Shown here: positions 34,167 to 43,634 of the stretch, one piece after another
Position numbering within the stretch: position 1 is the first letter of the stretch
Layout: every line of letters begins with the position of its first letter
Source: Alphaproteobacteria bacterium
GTDB taxonomy: Bacteria; Pseudomonadota; Alphaproteobacteria; Rickettsiales; SXRF01
Assembly (NCBI GenBank): GCA_025362975.1
Contig: JANYES010000018.1
Coordinates: 147,309 to 211,308 of the forward strand
Direction of reading: 5' to 3'
DNA length: 64,000 nt
Position numbers and translations under genes: made by a program
The notes under the pieces: generated by a model
Told to the model about the DNA's origin: nothing
Database searches by the model: none
Seen by the model: the letters and a program-made list of their open reading frames with translations, nothing else

Positions 34167-34705
34167 TTACTTTTTTGCCGGTTCATTCAGTAACATAAGC
34201 TCTGCCAGCTCATACCAGCTATATTTTTGTCTCGACCAGTGGCTATTGATGCCGGAGGTGGAGCAGTAGATGAAGAGGGAGGTATTGCCGATTTTAATAT
34301 CCTGTAACCCCAATGTGGCGGATTTATCGTTTAAAAAGGCTTTTCCTGCGGTCAGGCTGTCGAAGGCGAGAATTCCTGGCTGGTATTTTAAGATTTTCTG
34401 CCTTAAGTCCTCTGGGTTGAACGCATTTGCGGGGAGCTGGTTGTCGTTACCGAATGTGTTTTGCAAAGGTCGGTCAGGCCGATGCCATAATTTAGCAGTA
34501 ACGGGTAATCGCCGGGGCGCAGCTGGTGAGGTGTTAGGTTTACCTCATGAAGTATTGGCCAGAATCTATTTCCCGGCTTCGCATAATAGGCTTGTTGGCG
34601 CGCGGAAATAAGGCTGGGGGCTGTGCCGCACAATACCAGCTTTAAACCAGGAACCAATAGATCGTCCAATATGAAGCCAGCTTTAGTCGGCATGCTATCT
34701 ATCAC
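34167..34705 (-). pseudogene. Mug/TDG-type uracil-DNA glycosylase superfamily gene split by a frameshift
   Basis: ORFs 34403..34705 (LVLCGTAPS ... PGNRFW ... GIGLTDLCKTH) and 34167..34466 (FGNDNQLP ... YQPGILAF ... STSG) together form one UDG-family protein. The frames switch near 34450-34465. Confidence 0.7.
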
Positions 34706-34779
34706 CTGACGGTTAGTGCTGATGGGCGAACTCTCTCATGTAACATATAAAAATCCTATCCTGATAATATTGCTTACTT

Positions 34780-36165
34780 ATGCCCGGTATCAAAGGATAC
34801 CGTATGCTATTTTCACAGTATTTACCCTTTGACAGCAAGTTCTGGCATGGTTGCAATTATGCCGGCCTCGTTTCTGGCGCGGTCGAAATCCGGGATAAAA
34901 ATCCTATTTCGCTGACCAGTAACATCTGGTTACGGTTCCGGCGGTATGCGGGCATAGGGTTTCTGGTTGCCGTTGGTTATATGGACCCGGGGAACTGGGC
35001 GACGGATATCGAAGCCGGATCGAGATTCGGTTACAGTCTTTTATGGGTTGTGCTGTCGTCATGCTTTGTTGCGATGATTTTACAAACTTTGTGCGTGCGG
35101 CTTGGTATGGTTTCGGGCAAGGACCTTGCGCAGTTGTGCCGCATTCATTTCCCGCCGCGATATTGCAAGATGCTGTGGGGGCTGGCTCAAATTTCGATTC
35201 TTGCGTGCGATTTTGCCGAGGTGCTCGGAACAGCGCTGGCGCTAAAGTTTTTATTCGGGCTGCCCTTGCAGGCGGGCATCTTACTGACTGCCTTCGACAC
35301 GTTGGTGATATTTGGCATGCAGCGGGCGGGGGTCTGGCGCGTTGAAACCATTGTCGCTATCATGGTATGCGTGATCGCAATCGCTTTTTCCATCGAACTT
35401 GCTATCAGCCCACCCGATCTCTGGCAGCTTGTTAAAGGGGTGGTGCCCGATACGTTGCTGTTCAGCGACCCTAAGGCGCGGCTGGTCGCCATTGGCATTA
35501 TCGGCGCTACCGTCATGCCGCATAATCTTTACCTGCATTCCGCGGCGGTCAGCAGCCGAAAATTATTTCCCGGAGCAGGTGTTAAGCGGGATGCCATCCG
35601 CCTGCTGACATGGGATACGGTGGCGACGCTCAGTTTGGCGCTGCTGGTCAACGCCGCGATTTTGATTTTAGCGGCCAGCGTCTTTCATTCTGCAGGCCAT
35701 AACAATGTGGCGGATATCGCTGATGCCTATAAAATGCTGGCAACGCTTCTGGGAACGAGTCTGGCAAGTATTGTTTTCGGCCTCGCGCTTTTTGTTTCCG
35801 GGCAGAGTTCTACCATCACCGGAACTATGGCGGGGCAAGTGATCCTGCAAGGCTTTATGGAACTTAAAATACCGGGCTGGCAACAACGCCTGTTTACCCG
35901 GCTCATTACCGTTATGCCCGCATGGCTGGTAATTATGTGGAACGGGGAAGGGTGCCTTGGCGAATTGCTTGTTTATAGCCAGGTTGTGCTGAGCATGCAG
36001 CTGCCTTTTGCTATGGCGCCGCTGATATGGTTCAACACGCGCCGCGACATTATGGGTGAGTGGCAACTGTCGCCAGTGTGGCGTTGTCTGTGCTGGGTTA
36101 TTTTCGTGACAATCACCATAGCCAATATCTATCTCGTTTACACGATCTTTCAGCAAAGCGCTTAG
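34780..36165 (+). CDS. mntH: Nramp-family divalent metal (Mn2+/Fe2+) transporter
   Basis: YMDPGNWATDI and ATVMPHNLYLHS Nramp signatures, with about 11 TM segments. The true start is possibly internal. Confidence 0.9.
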   Translation: MPGIKGYRMLFSQYLPFDSKFWHGCNYAGLVSGAVEIRDKNPISLTSNIWLRFRRYAGIGFLVAVGYMDPGNWATDIEAGSRFGYSLLWVVLSSCFVAMILQTLCVRLGMVSGKDLAQLCRIHFPPRYCKMLWGLAQISILACDFAEVLGTALALKFLFGLPLQAGILLTAFDTLVIFGMQRAGVWRVETIVAIMVCVIAIAFSIELAISPPDLWQLVKGVVPDTLLFSDPKARLVAIGIIGATVMPHNLYLHSAAVSSRKLFPGAGVKRDAIRLLTWDTVATLSLALLVNAAILILAASVFHSAGHNNVADIADAYKMLATLLGTSLASIVFGLALFVSGQSSTITGTMAGQVILQGFMELKIPGWQQRLFTRLITVMPAWLVIMWNGEGCLGELLVYSQVVLSMQLPFAMAPLIWFNTRRDIMGEWQLSPVWRCLCWVIFVTITIANIYLVYTIFQQSA

Positions 36166-36300
36166 CTTTCACACAACACTTTTATTTTTAAAATGGCTTA
36201 CTGCTTCCACGGCCTGAACAAGCCACTACTATATTTTTCGCATCTGAATGACGCCCGTTTACTGGTGAAGGTTTTATTTAAACCAATGAGGAGTTTTACC

Positions 36301-36429
36301 ATGTTTATGCATAATAAACGCCTGATGTATACTGTTCGCGTCGGGGAGACCGACCCGCGCATGGCCAATCTTATCCTTGAGTAGTTCGGCGGCGCGGATG
36401 GAGAACTTGCTGCGGCGATGGCTGCTTAA
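36301..36429 (+). pseudogene. Manganese catalase, N-terminal 42 codons with an in-frame TAG
   Basis: MFMHNKRLMYTVRVGETDPRMANLILE*FGGADGELAAAM matches the Mn-catalase N-terminus. TAG at 36382 sits where Gln is expected, and homology ends near 36420. Confidence 0.7.
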
Positions 36430-36495
36430 GCGTCATCTACCGAAAACGGGCAGGGAATTTCCTGTCCGTTTGTTGTGAAGCTTGTGATGAAACAG

Positions 36496-38478
36496 TCATT
36501 TGATCGCGTTTAATTGTTTAAGGGCTTTTTCCAGATTGATGCCTTTGCCAAGGACGGGTTTGAAAATATCGCCGGCCTCGCGAATGCGTGCGATGGAGTT
36601 ATCGATGGTGAAATCCGTCATGCGCAGGCCTGTTTTTACCTCGTCCCAGTGTAGCGGCATCGAAACGGTGGCGCCGGGTTTTGGACGCAGGCAATAGGGT
36701 GCTGCTATGGTGGCTTGAGGGCGGTTTTGAAGGAAATCTAGATACATTTTCCCGCCACGGTTGGCGACATGGCGCTCGATGCTGGTGAATTTTGGAAGTT
36801 CGGAATGGACGATGGTGACGATGGAGCGGGCGAATTCCTTGGACTGCTCGTAAGTGTTTTTCGCAGCCAACGGGACGTAAATGTGCAGACCGGTTGAGCC
36901 GGAGGTTTTGCAGTAGGAAGGGATGCCCAGAAGTTTGAACAGATTATGCGTGACTTGCGCCGCCTGAATGACCTGATTGAAGCTGTTTTTGTCGGGGTCG
37001 AGGTCGATGACGCACCAATCGGGATTGTCTGGGTTTTCGGCGCGGCTGCTCCACGGGCTTATTTCGATGCAGCCTAAGGATACAAGATAGAGCAGGCTGG
37101 CTTCGTCGTCGCAGATGAAGAATTCTTTTTTGCGTTTATCGATTTCGGAGTAGTAGGTGAGGGTATTTATCCAGTCGGGCACTTTGCCTTTGACATCTTT
37201 CTGGTAGAACTGCTTGCCGTTGATACCGTTCGGGTGGCGGTTGAGCGATTGCGGGCGGTCTTTCAGGTAGGGTAGGATAGTGGGGGCGACCCGGTAATAA
37301 TAATTCAGCATGTCGCGCTTGGTGATGTGATCGTCCGGCCAGTAGAGTTTGCTTAGATTGGTTAGCTTCAAATCGTGGCCGCCCATGTTACGCACCTGAC
37401 TTTCATCGGTGGGGTTGAGCAGCGTTTTGCGTTCTTTTTTGTTCGTTGGGACAATGATTTTTTTGCTGGCCAATGTTTTATGGGCGCCTGTCAGTTTTGA
37501 GCTTTCGGTTTCTTTTTCCAGTACGATGTCGGTTGCTTTTTTGTCGATGCGCATGCTTTCGAAAGAAGGGTGGCGCATTACCTCGTCGGAGGTCATTTCG
37601 GTGAAGCTTACTTCGCAGACAAGCTCAGGCTTTAGCCATGTGGCGGTGGCATGGGGTGGGTCGGGGCGGAAACGCGAGGGGCTGTTAATATCGGGCAAGG
37701 CCGAAAAAGGATTTGTGGTGCGGATAAGGGGTTTAAATTTTTGCAGCATGTCAGTTTGGGTTTTGATACTGAAACCGGTGCCGATTTTGCCGGTGTATTT
37801 GAGCTGTTTTCCATCAAACACGCCGACGAGCAAAGAGCTGAAAGGCTTGGTCGAACCTTCGTTATTTGTGTAACCGCCGATCACCATTTCCTGACGTTTG
37901 CTGGCTTTGATTTTAAGCCATTGTTTAGAGCGCTCGCCGGGCTGGTACAGACTGTCGTTTTTCTTGGCCATGATGCCTTCAAGGTTCATTTTTAAGGCGG
38001 TGGCGAAAGCGTCTTTGCCTGAGCCGTCGAGATTTTCGCTCAGGCGAATTATTTCGTGGTCCTTTGGCATGATCGATCTAAGGATGGTGCGCCTTTCGTG
38101 GAACGGTAGGGAGGTTAAATCTTTGCCTTCCAACCAGAGGATATCGAAGGCGTAAAATATCAACAGACCGTCCGCTTCGCTGCGCCAGTTTTGAAGTGTG
38201 CCAAAACTGGAGACACCTTTGTTGTCGGTCACTACGATTTCGCCGTCAATCACGGCGTTGATTTTCCATTGCTTCATCGCGTTCAGGACGGAGTAGAACT
38301 TCTTGTTGAAGGATTTGTCATTGCGGGATTTGAGGTCGACTTTTCCTTTGTTGATGAAGGCGAGCGCGCGGTAGCCGTCCCATTTAATTTCGTAGGACCA
38401 GTTGCTGTCACTGAAGGGTTTGTCGACGAGCGTGGCGAGCATGGGTTTTAGCTTTTCGGGGAATGCGCTTTTTGCCAT
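36496..38478 (-). CDS. ligD: ATP-dependent DNA ligase LigD (ligase + polymerase/primase domains, no phosphoesterase domain)
   Basis: Adenylation motif EIKWDGYR and an OB region, followed by a Pol domain with VIDLDP and KTSGSTGLHIYVPL. The start is set at the ATG sharing one base with the xthA stop. Confidence 0.9.
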   Translation of the reverse strand: MAKSAFPEKLKPMLATLVDKPFSDSNWSYEIKWDGYRALAFINKGKVDLKSRNDKSFNKKFYSVLNAMKQWKINAVIDGEIVVTDNKGVSSFGTLQNWRSEADGLLIFYAFDILWLEGKDLTSLPFHERRTILRSIMPKDHEIIRLSENLDGSGKDAFATALKMNLEGIMAKKNDSLYQPGERSKQWLKIKASKRQEMVIGGYTNNEGSTKPFSSLLVGVFDGKQLKYTGKIGTGFSIKTQTDMLQKFKPLIRTTNPFSALPDINSPSRFRPDPPHATATWLKPELVCEVSFTEMTSDEVMRHPSFESMRIDKKATDIVLEKETESSKLTGAHKTLASKKIIVPTNKKERKTLLNPTDESQVRNMGGHDLKLTNLSKLYWPDDHITKRDMLNYYYRVAPTILPYLKDRPQSLNRHPNGINGKQFYQKDVKGKVPDWINTLTYYSEIDKRKKEFFICDDEASLLYLVSLGCIEISPWSSRAENPDNPDWCVIDLDPDKNSFNQVIQAAQVTHNLFKLLGIPSYCKTSGSTGLHIYVPLAAKNTYEQSKEFARSIVTIVHSELPKFTSIERHVANRGGKMYLDFLQNRPQATIAAPYCLRPKPGATVSMPLHWDEVKTGLRMTDFTIDNSIARIREAGDIFKPVLGKGINLEKALKQLNAIK

Positions 38479-39272
38479 TAGCTCTTTTTCCGGTGGGTTT
38501 TCGATTTCAGCTCGATCCATGTGGGCGCGTGGTCGCTGGTTTTATCCCAGCTGCGTACGTCGCGGTCGACGCCTGCGGCGATGAGTTGGGGGGCAATTTG
38601 CGGACTTAGCAGGAAATGGTCGATACGTATGCCAGCATTACGGGGGAAGGCGTTGCGGAAATAGTCCCAATATGTGAATATTTTCTCGTTCGGGTGCAAT
38701 TCGCGAAGTGCGTCAGTCCAGCCTTGGGCTACAAGTTTTCGGTAGGCTTCGCGAGATTCGGGGAAGAATAGGGCGTCGTCGACCCAGCTTGATGGCTTAT
38801 GGCAATCGAATTCCGTAGGGATGACGTTGTAGTCACCGGTGAGGATGACGGGAATTTCGCGGGCGAGTAGCGTTTTAGCGTATTTAGTGAGGCGTTTGAA
38901 CCATTGCAGCTTGTAGTCGAATTTGGGGCCGGGCGCGGGGTTGCCGTTGGGCAGATAGAGGCAGCCGATGAGGATGCCGTTGATTTCGGCTTCGATGTAG
39001 CGGCTGTGGGGATCTTCAGGATCGCCGGGGAGGCCGCGGCGGGTTTCTTTGGGTTGCTGCCCTTTGGCGAGGATCGCGACGCCGTTCCAGCTTTTCTGCC
39101 CGTGCCAGATAGCGTGGTAGCCCGCATTAAGGATTGCGGTTTCGGGAAATTTTTCCTGCGGGGCTTTGAGCTCTTGCAGGCACACGACATCGGGCTGGAA
39201 GTCTGCTAACCAACGAAGCAGTACAGGGAGGTGGCCATTGACGCCATTGACATTGTAGGTAGCTATTTTCAT
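38478..39272 (-). CDS. xthA: Exodeoxyribonuclease III
   Basis: MKIATYNVNG, CLQELK, YNVIPT and SDHAP motifs of the ExoIII/APE1 family. Confidence 0.9.
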   Translation of the reverse strand: MKIATYNVNGVNGHLPVLLRWLADFQPDVVCLQELKAPQEKFPETAILNAGYHAIWHGQKSWNGVAILAKGQQPKETRRGLPGDPEDPHSRYIEAEINGILIGCLYLPNGNPAPGPKFDYKLQWFKRLTKYAKTLLAREIPVILTGDYNVIPTEFDCHKPSSWVDDALFFPESREAYRKLVAQGWTDALRELHPNEKIFTYWDYFRNAFPRNAGIRIDHFLLSPQIAPQLIAAGVDRDVRSWDKTSDHAPTWIELKSKTHRKKS

Positions 39273-39371
39273 AGGACAGACTGTGGAGCTTCAGCGATAA
39301 AATTTCGATATGAAGCCTGCTTGCAGGTGTTATTGAATAGATATTTTCACCGCACTTTTTTTGCCATAAAA

Positions 39372-39400
39372 TATGCCGCCCTTGTTTAAGGGGCGGCATA
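39372..39400. terminator. Bidirectional terminator hairpin
   Basis: 10-bp perfect stem TATGCCGCCC/GGGCGGCATA flanked by A/T runs. It lies 16 nt after the stop of 39416-40042. Confidence 0.65.
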
Positions 39401-39415
39401 AGACGGGGGAGATAA

Positions 39416-40042
39416 TTAGCGATTGCCGCTGCCGCTTTTCTTCGTGTGTTTATCTGCGGCTTTTTTAGCATGTTTTTTGCCACGGCCACTATGGGATTTA
39501 GCCTGAATTGCACTATGTGCGGCTTTCTCATGGTTTCCGTTTTTACTGTGTTTGGCAGCATCGGCATGATGGCGGGCAGCTTCTTTATAGCTGCTTGAAG
39601 CCTTCGAATGGGACGAGGATGCGTTATCATCTTCGTCTTCATCATCGCTGCTGAAACGGCCTTCTTCGTTACGGCCGTGCGACTGGCTGCGCGACGAACT
39701 GTTACGCGAGGAGGAGCCTGAACGCTGGCCTTCATCCTCGTCATCGCGGTTTGAACGGCTTGCGCGTGAAGAGCGGCTGCCTTCATCGTCATTGTCATGG
39801 CTATGACTACCAGCTTCCGAATGACCTTCCGAATCACCATGCCAACCGCGTCCATCCGAGTTCGAATTGCGGCTTGAATTGCTGCTCGATGAAGAACCAC
39901 GGCGGGAAGAACCGGATTCACTGTCCTGGTCCTCGTCATCGCGATTCGAGCGGCTGCTTCGCGACTGGCCAGCACTACTGCTGCCTTTATAAAAACGTTC
40001 GTTCTCGTCTTCCTGTTTTTTGGAATTTGAAGTTTTAGCCAT
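39416..40042 (-). CDS. Ser/Asp/Arg-rich intrinsically disordered protein with a basic His/Lys tail
   Basis: AAGAGG 7 nt upstream, with internal repeats (SRSNRDDEDQD / SRSNRDDEDEG). It is chosen over the overlapping alternative-frame ORF 39127..39975. Confidence 0.6.
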   Translation of the reverse strand: MAKTSNSKKQEDENERFYKGSSSAGQSRSSRSNRDDEDQDSESGSSRRGSSSSSNSSRNSNSDGRGWHGDSEGHSEAGSHSHDNDDEGSRSSRASRSNRDDEDEGQRSGSSSRNSSSRSQSHGRNEEGRFSSDDEDEDDNASSSHSKASSSYKEAARHHADAAKHSKNGNHEKAAHSAIQAKSHSGRGKKHAKKAADKHTKKSGSGNR

Positions 40043-40177
40043 AAAATCCTCTTTAGGTTACGAGTAGATGATTCTACGTCGGAGGAGAAGGATAACGAAA
40101 AGAATATAAATACGTGGGAATGAATCGACGGGGAATTATAAAAGTGGAATGCTGATGGTGGTCAGCCCAACTTTTGT

Positions 40178-40642
40178 ATGGTAATTTTAACATCGGAAGC
40201 ACAAAGTCAGATTCTTAACAAATGGAAAGCGGCACGCATTGTCATGACAGTTAAACCTTCAATCCCGCACCCTTTCATCAATCGCCTCTCTGAGCATCTT
40301 GAAAAATTCAGCCATAGCTTTGCCAAATGGGCGGGTAGTGCCGCTGGTTTTATCGTGGCCCTTGTTTCGATGCTGATCTGGCTTTTAATAGGGGAATTGT
40401 ATCAATTTTCCAATAAATGGGAAAACGCCCTCACCATTTATATCGGGGTGCTTACTTTCCTGATGATATTTTTAATGCAGCGGTCGCAAATTAAAGAACT
40501 GGGTGCTTTGCATTTGAAGCTTAATGAGCTGATTGTCGCAACGAAGGGTGCCGATAACAGCCTTATAAGGGTCGAGCAAATGACAGAAAAAGAAATATCC
40601 GAAGTTCACCAGAACCACCTTGATATCGTTGATGTTTTATAG
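40178..40642 (+). CDS. Low-affinity iron permease family (Fet4-like small membrane protein); alternative start 40244
   Basis: FAKWAGSAAGFIVALVSMLIWLL ... TFLMIFLMQRSQ ... LHLKLNELI matches the family pattern I recall. Confidence 0.65.
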   Translation: MVILTSEAQSQILNKWKAARIVMTVKPSIPHPFINRLSEHLEKFSHSFAKWAGSAAGFIVALVSMLIWLLIGELYQFSNKWENALTIYIGVLTFLMIFLMQRSQIKELGALHLKLNELIVATKGADNSLIRVEQMTEKEISEVHQNHLDIVDVL

Positions 40643-40904
40643 AACTTACTTTCCTTTGTCATGGTCGCCTTTGATGATGGCGATCGCGTCTTGTTGGGTA
40701 TGGTGATCACCTGTGGTGGGGTGTGTAGTAACTTATCATTAGCCTATGGCTGATAACCAACCCATGCGGCAGGGAGGGTGAGTTAATTCTTTACGGCCTG
40801 CCCTTCGCATACATTTTTTATAAATACGCTAATAGTTAGGTCTATCTTACTAATGTTGCGCAGCGCCTAATTTACCGCTCATATTTAGTAAGGTACAAAT
40901 TTTT

Positions 40905-42083
40905 ATGAAAGCTCTTTGTTGGCATGGTAAAGGCGACGTGCGTATCGATAACGTGGACGACCCGAAAATTCTGGACCCGCGCGACGCGATTATTCGCATT
41001 ACCACCACCTGCATCTGCGGTTCGGATTTACATTTGCTGGATGGGTATATGCCGACGATGGAATCGGGCGATATCATGGGTCATGAGAATATGGGCGAGG
41101 TCGTGGAAGTCGGTAGCGCGGTGAAGAATTTGAAAAAGGGCGACCGCGTTGTCGTGCCTTTTACCATCTCTTGCGGCGAGTGCTATTTTTGTAAGAAGGG
41201 GCTGTTCTCCATGTGTGACGTGTCCAACCCGAATGCGGAAATCGCGCGTAAGGCGATGGGGCATTCGCCAGCGGGCTGCTTTGGATTTTCGCATATGCTC
41301 GGCGGGTTCTCGGGCGGGCAAGCGGAATATCTGCGCATTCCTTACGCCGATGTTGGCCCTATCAAAATTGAATCCGGGCTTGAAGACGAGCAGGTGGTGT
41401 TCCTCTCGGATATTTTCCCTACGGGCTATATGGCGGCGGAGAATTGCGGCATTGAGCCGGGCGATACGGTGGCGGTGTGGGGTTGCGGACCTGTGGGGCA
41501 GTTTGCCATACAGAGCGCGTGGATGCTGGGCGCTGGCCGCGTCATTGCTATCGATTGTGTAGAAGAACGCTTACGTATGGCTGAGACGCATGGCAAGGCC
41601 GAAACCATCAATTTTATGGAGAATAAGGAAAAGGTCTACGATACGCTAATGGAAATGACGGCAGGGCGCGGACCGGACCGTTGTATCGACGCGGTCGGCT
41701 GCGAAGCGCATGTCGGCGGCAGGCTAGATTCATATATCGATAAAGTTAAAACCCTTACTTTGCTGGGCACCGACCGCGCGCATGTCATCCGTGAAGCGAT
41801 TCGCTGCTGCCGTAAGGGCGGGACGATTTCGGTTCCAGGCGTATATGTCGGGATGCTGGATAATATTCCGTTTGGCGCCGCGATGAACAAGGGGATTACG
41901 TTCAAGATGGGCCAGACGCATGTGCAGCATTACCTGAGACCGCTGCTCAAAAAAATTGAAAGCGGCGAAATCGATCCTTCTTTCATCATTACCCACCGCG
42001 CACCGCTTTCCGACGCGCCGGAACTGTATAAAACATTCCGCGATAAGAAAGACGGCTGCATTAAAGTTGTTCTCAAACCATAG
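40905..42083 (+). CDS. Zinc-dependent alcohol / formaldehyde dehydrogenase family
   Basis: [14 protein letters not shown], structural-zinc CGECYFC and the NAD motif VWGCGPVG. Confidence 0.9.
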   Translation: MKALCWHGKGDVRIDNVDDPKILDPRDAIIRITTTCICGSDLHLLDGYMPTMESGDIMGHENMGEVVEVGSAVKNLKKGDRVVVPFTISCGECYFCKKGLFSMCDVSNPNAEIARKAMGHSPAGCFGFSHMLGGFSGGQAEYLRIPYADVGPIKIESGLEDEQVVFLSDIFPTGYMAAENCGIEPGDTVAVWGCGPVGQFAIQSAWMLGAGRVIAIDCVEERLRMAETHGKAETINFMENKEKVYDTLMEMTAGRGPDRCIDAVGCEAHVGGRLDSYIDKVKTLTLLGTDRAHVIREAIRCCRKGGTISVPGVYVGMLDNIPFGAAMNKGITFKMGQTHVQHYLRPLLKKIESGEIDPSFIITHRAPLSDAPELYKTFRDKKDGCIKVVLKP

Positions 42084-42090
42084 GAGATTT

Positions 42091-42294
42091 ATGTCAAACG
42101 AAAACGAAATCCCGGCAGATGAAGACGGTACGGTTGGTTTCAGCCCGCAGCTTGGCGGCCACGGCAAGGCGAACCATGCTGGTACGTCAGGGTTTATGCG
42201 TCCGGTGCCTCCGGACCTGGAAGTGGCTGGGCAGGATAAGCAAACTAAACACGAGGATACTAAGTCGATGGTAGCCCGAATTACGAAGGAATAA
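42091..42294 (+). CDS. Small hypothetical protein (67 aa)
   Basis: GGAG 5 nt upstream of ATG 42091, abutting the next ORF. Confidence 0.45.
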   Translation: MSNENEIPADEDGTVGFSPQLGGHGKANHAGTSGFMRPVPPDLEVAGQDKQTKHEDTKSMVARITKE

Positions 42295-42295
42295 C

Positions 42296-42619
42296 ATGGG
42301 TATCTTAGCGGCTATATTCAGGCTGAATTTGCAGACGACGCGCTTGCTGATGTCATCCACCGAGGTCATTTATTACCGCAGCGATATGATCCATAAAGCC
42401 ATGTCCGGGCAGATGCCTTGGGCCGATCCTGAATTCACCACAATGTGGCAGGAAAAATATAATGCCAATCTTGAGGCATATATTGCGTTGCAAAAAAACC
42501 TTGCTAAGAACCCGTTGAACCTCACGGCATGCTTGGAAGTGCTGACAGAAGTCGGGCGTCCTTATCATAAAAAAGCGGCGGCCAATGTCAAACGACTACG
42601 ACGCGGGCGCAAGCAGTAA
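42296..42619 (+). CDS. Hypothetical protein (107 aa)
   Basis: ORF with a terminator hairpin 14 nt downstream. I recognise no motif. Confidence 0.5.
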   Translation: MGILAAIFRLNLQTTRLLMSSTEVIYYRSDMIHKAMSGQMPWADPEFTTMWQEKYNANLEAYIALQKNLAKNPLNLTACLEVLTEVGRPYHKKAAANVKRLRRGRKQ

Positions 42620-42632
42620 TAATCAGATCATA

Positions 42633-42671
42633 AAGTTGGGGCTTACCTGATTAAGAGGGAAGCCCCAACTT
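42633..42671. terminator. Bidirectional terminator hairpin
   Basis: 12-bp perfect stem AAGTTGGGGCTT/AAGCCCCAACTT between convergent genes. Confidence 0.65.
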
Positions 42672-42684
42672 GCATTGAGGGAAA

Positions 42685-42951
42685 TTAAGCCGCTTTTTTG
42701 GTTTTCGCAGTGGTATTAGGTTTATCGGTTATTTTCTTCGCAGCGGATTTGTTGCTCTTTTTTGCAGTCTTGGAATGTTTTTTTGCGGCTTCGGTATCCT
42801 TGACCGCTTTTTTTAGCGATTTTTTCGCCTTTTTCAGTCTGCCTTCGCTCGCCTGACTTGCAGCTTTGCTATGCGATTTTGCTGCTTTAGCGTGCGATTT
42901 TGCCGCTTTGGTATGGGCATTGGTAATTTTTTTAACAGACGATTTAGCCAT
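42685..42951 (-). CDS. Lys/Ala-rich histone H1-like basic protein (88 aa)
   Basis: MAKSSVKKITNAHTKAAKSHAKAAKSHSKAA ... with AKK/KKA repeats. The start is moved to ATG 42951. Confidence 0.55.
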   Translation of the reverse strand: MAKSSVKKITNAHTKAAKSHAKAAKSHSKAASQASEGRLKKAKKSLKKAVKDTEAAKKHSKTAKKSNKSAAKKITDKPNTTAKTKKAA

Positions 42952-43029
42952 AAATACTCCTGTAATGGTTGGAATTAAGTTATGGGCATAGACGGATAAG
43001 AATTCCATATGGTACGGGGTACTTGTACG

Positions 43030-43557
43030 TTATGATTTCTTAAAAGCGATCACCATTTCGCCTGCATCGAAACCGAATTTGCTCAGGCGGATACGATTGA
43101 TGCCGGTGGTTTCGCTGGTGAGTAGAATCCAGTCTTCAGCTGAAAGGACGGGGCCCATGCTGCCATCTTTTTCCATAATATGCAGGCTGTAACGCATGTT
43201 GAGCGCGTTGCCGTACATCAGTCCTTTTGCAACGCCGTCGACATCGGCGGCGGTGCCGGTGACGTGGTGGTTATCGGTGACATGCAAGTTCCACATGCGG
43301 TCCTGAACACGGCCGTCGCTGTAGACGAAATGTTCTTTCAAGGTGCCGTCGTCGCCGTGCCACACGCCTTTGAGGGCGATCGTGAATTGCGGATCGGCTT
43401 TGCCACTGGGCGAGAAATAGGTGCCGACTGCTTTCAGGTCGCCGTTGAAGAATTCGCGCACGTCGAGTGCTGGCGAACGGTTGGCATAGTCTTTTGCATC
43501 CGGCGAGGCGCAGCCTGTCAGCATAAGGCAGCATAGACCGGTTATGGGAATTCGCAT
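43030..43557 (-). CDS. DUF3833-like lipoprotein
   Basis: Lipobox LMLTGC, then LDVREFFNGDLKAVG ... as I recall for DUF3833. Confidence 0.65.
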   Translation of the reverse strand: MRIPITGLCCLMLTGCASPDAKDYANRSPALDVREFFNGDLKAVGTYFSPSGKADPQFTIALKGVWHGDDGTLKEHFVYSDGRVQDRMWNLHVTDNHHVTGTAADVDGVAKGLMYGNALNMRYSLHIMEKDGSMGPVLSAEDWILLTSETTGINRIRLSKFGFDAGEMVIAFKKS

Positions 43558-43634
43558 ATTGTCTCCTGTGTTTGAAATGGATTCGTGCGTTTACAGTCTG
43601 CTGCGGCGGATAAAGGAAAAATGGCTAATTAACG

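Noticed and set aside
34785-34802. Palindrome GGTATC-AAAG-GATACC and a GATAAT-containing stretch upstream of mntH, considered as a Fur/Mur/MntR operator
   Set aside because: This is only a 6-bp half-site match and a partial Fur-box hexamer. It lies inside the annotated ORF start, so the evidence is insufficient.
39127-39975. 282-aa minus-strand ORF overlapping both xthA and the SDR-rich gene
   Set aside because: It overlaps the xthA start region and lacks an SD. The competing 208-aa frame has both an SD and a terminator.
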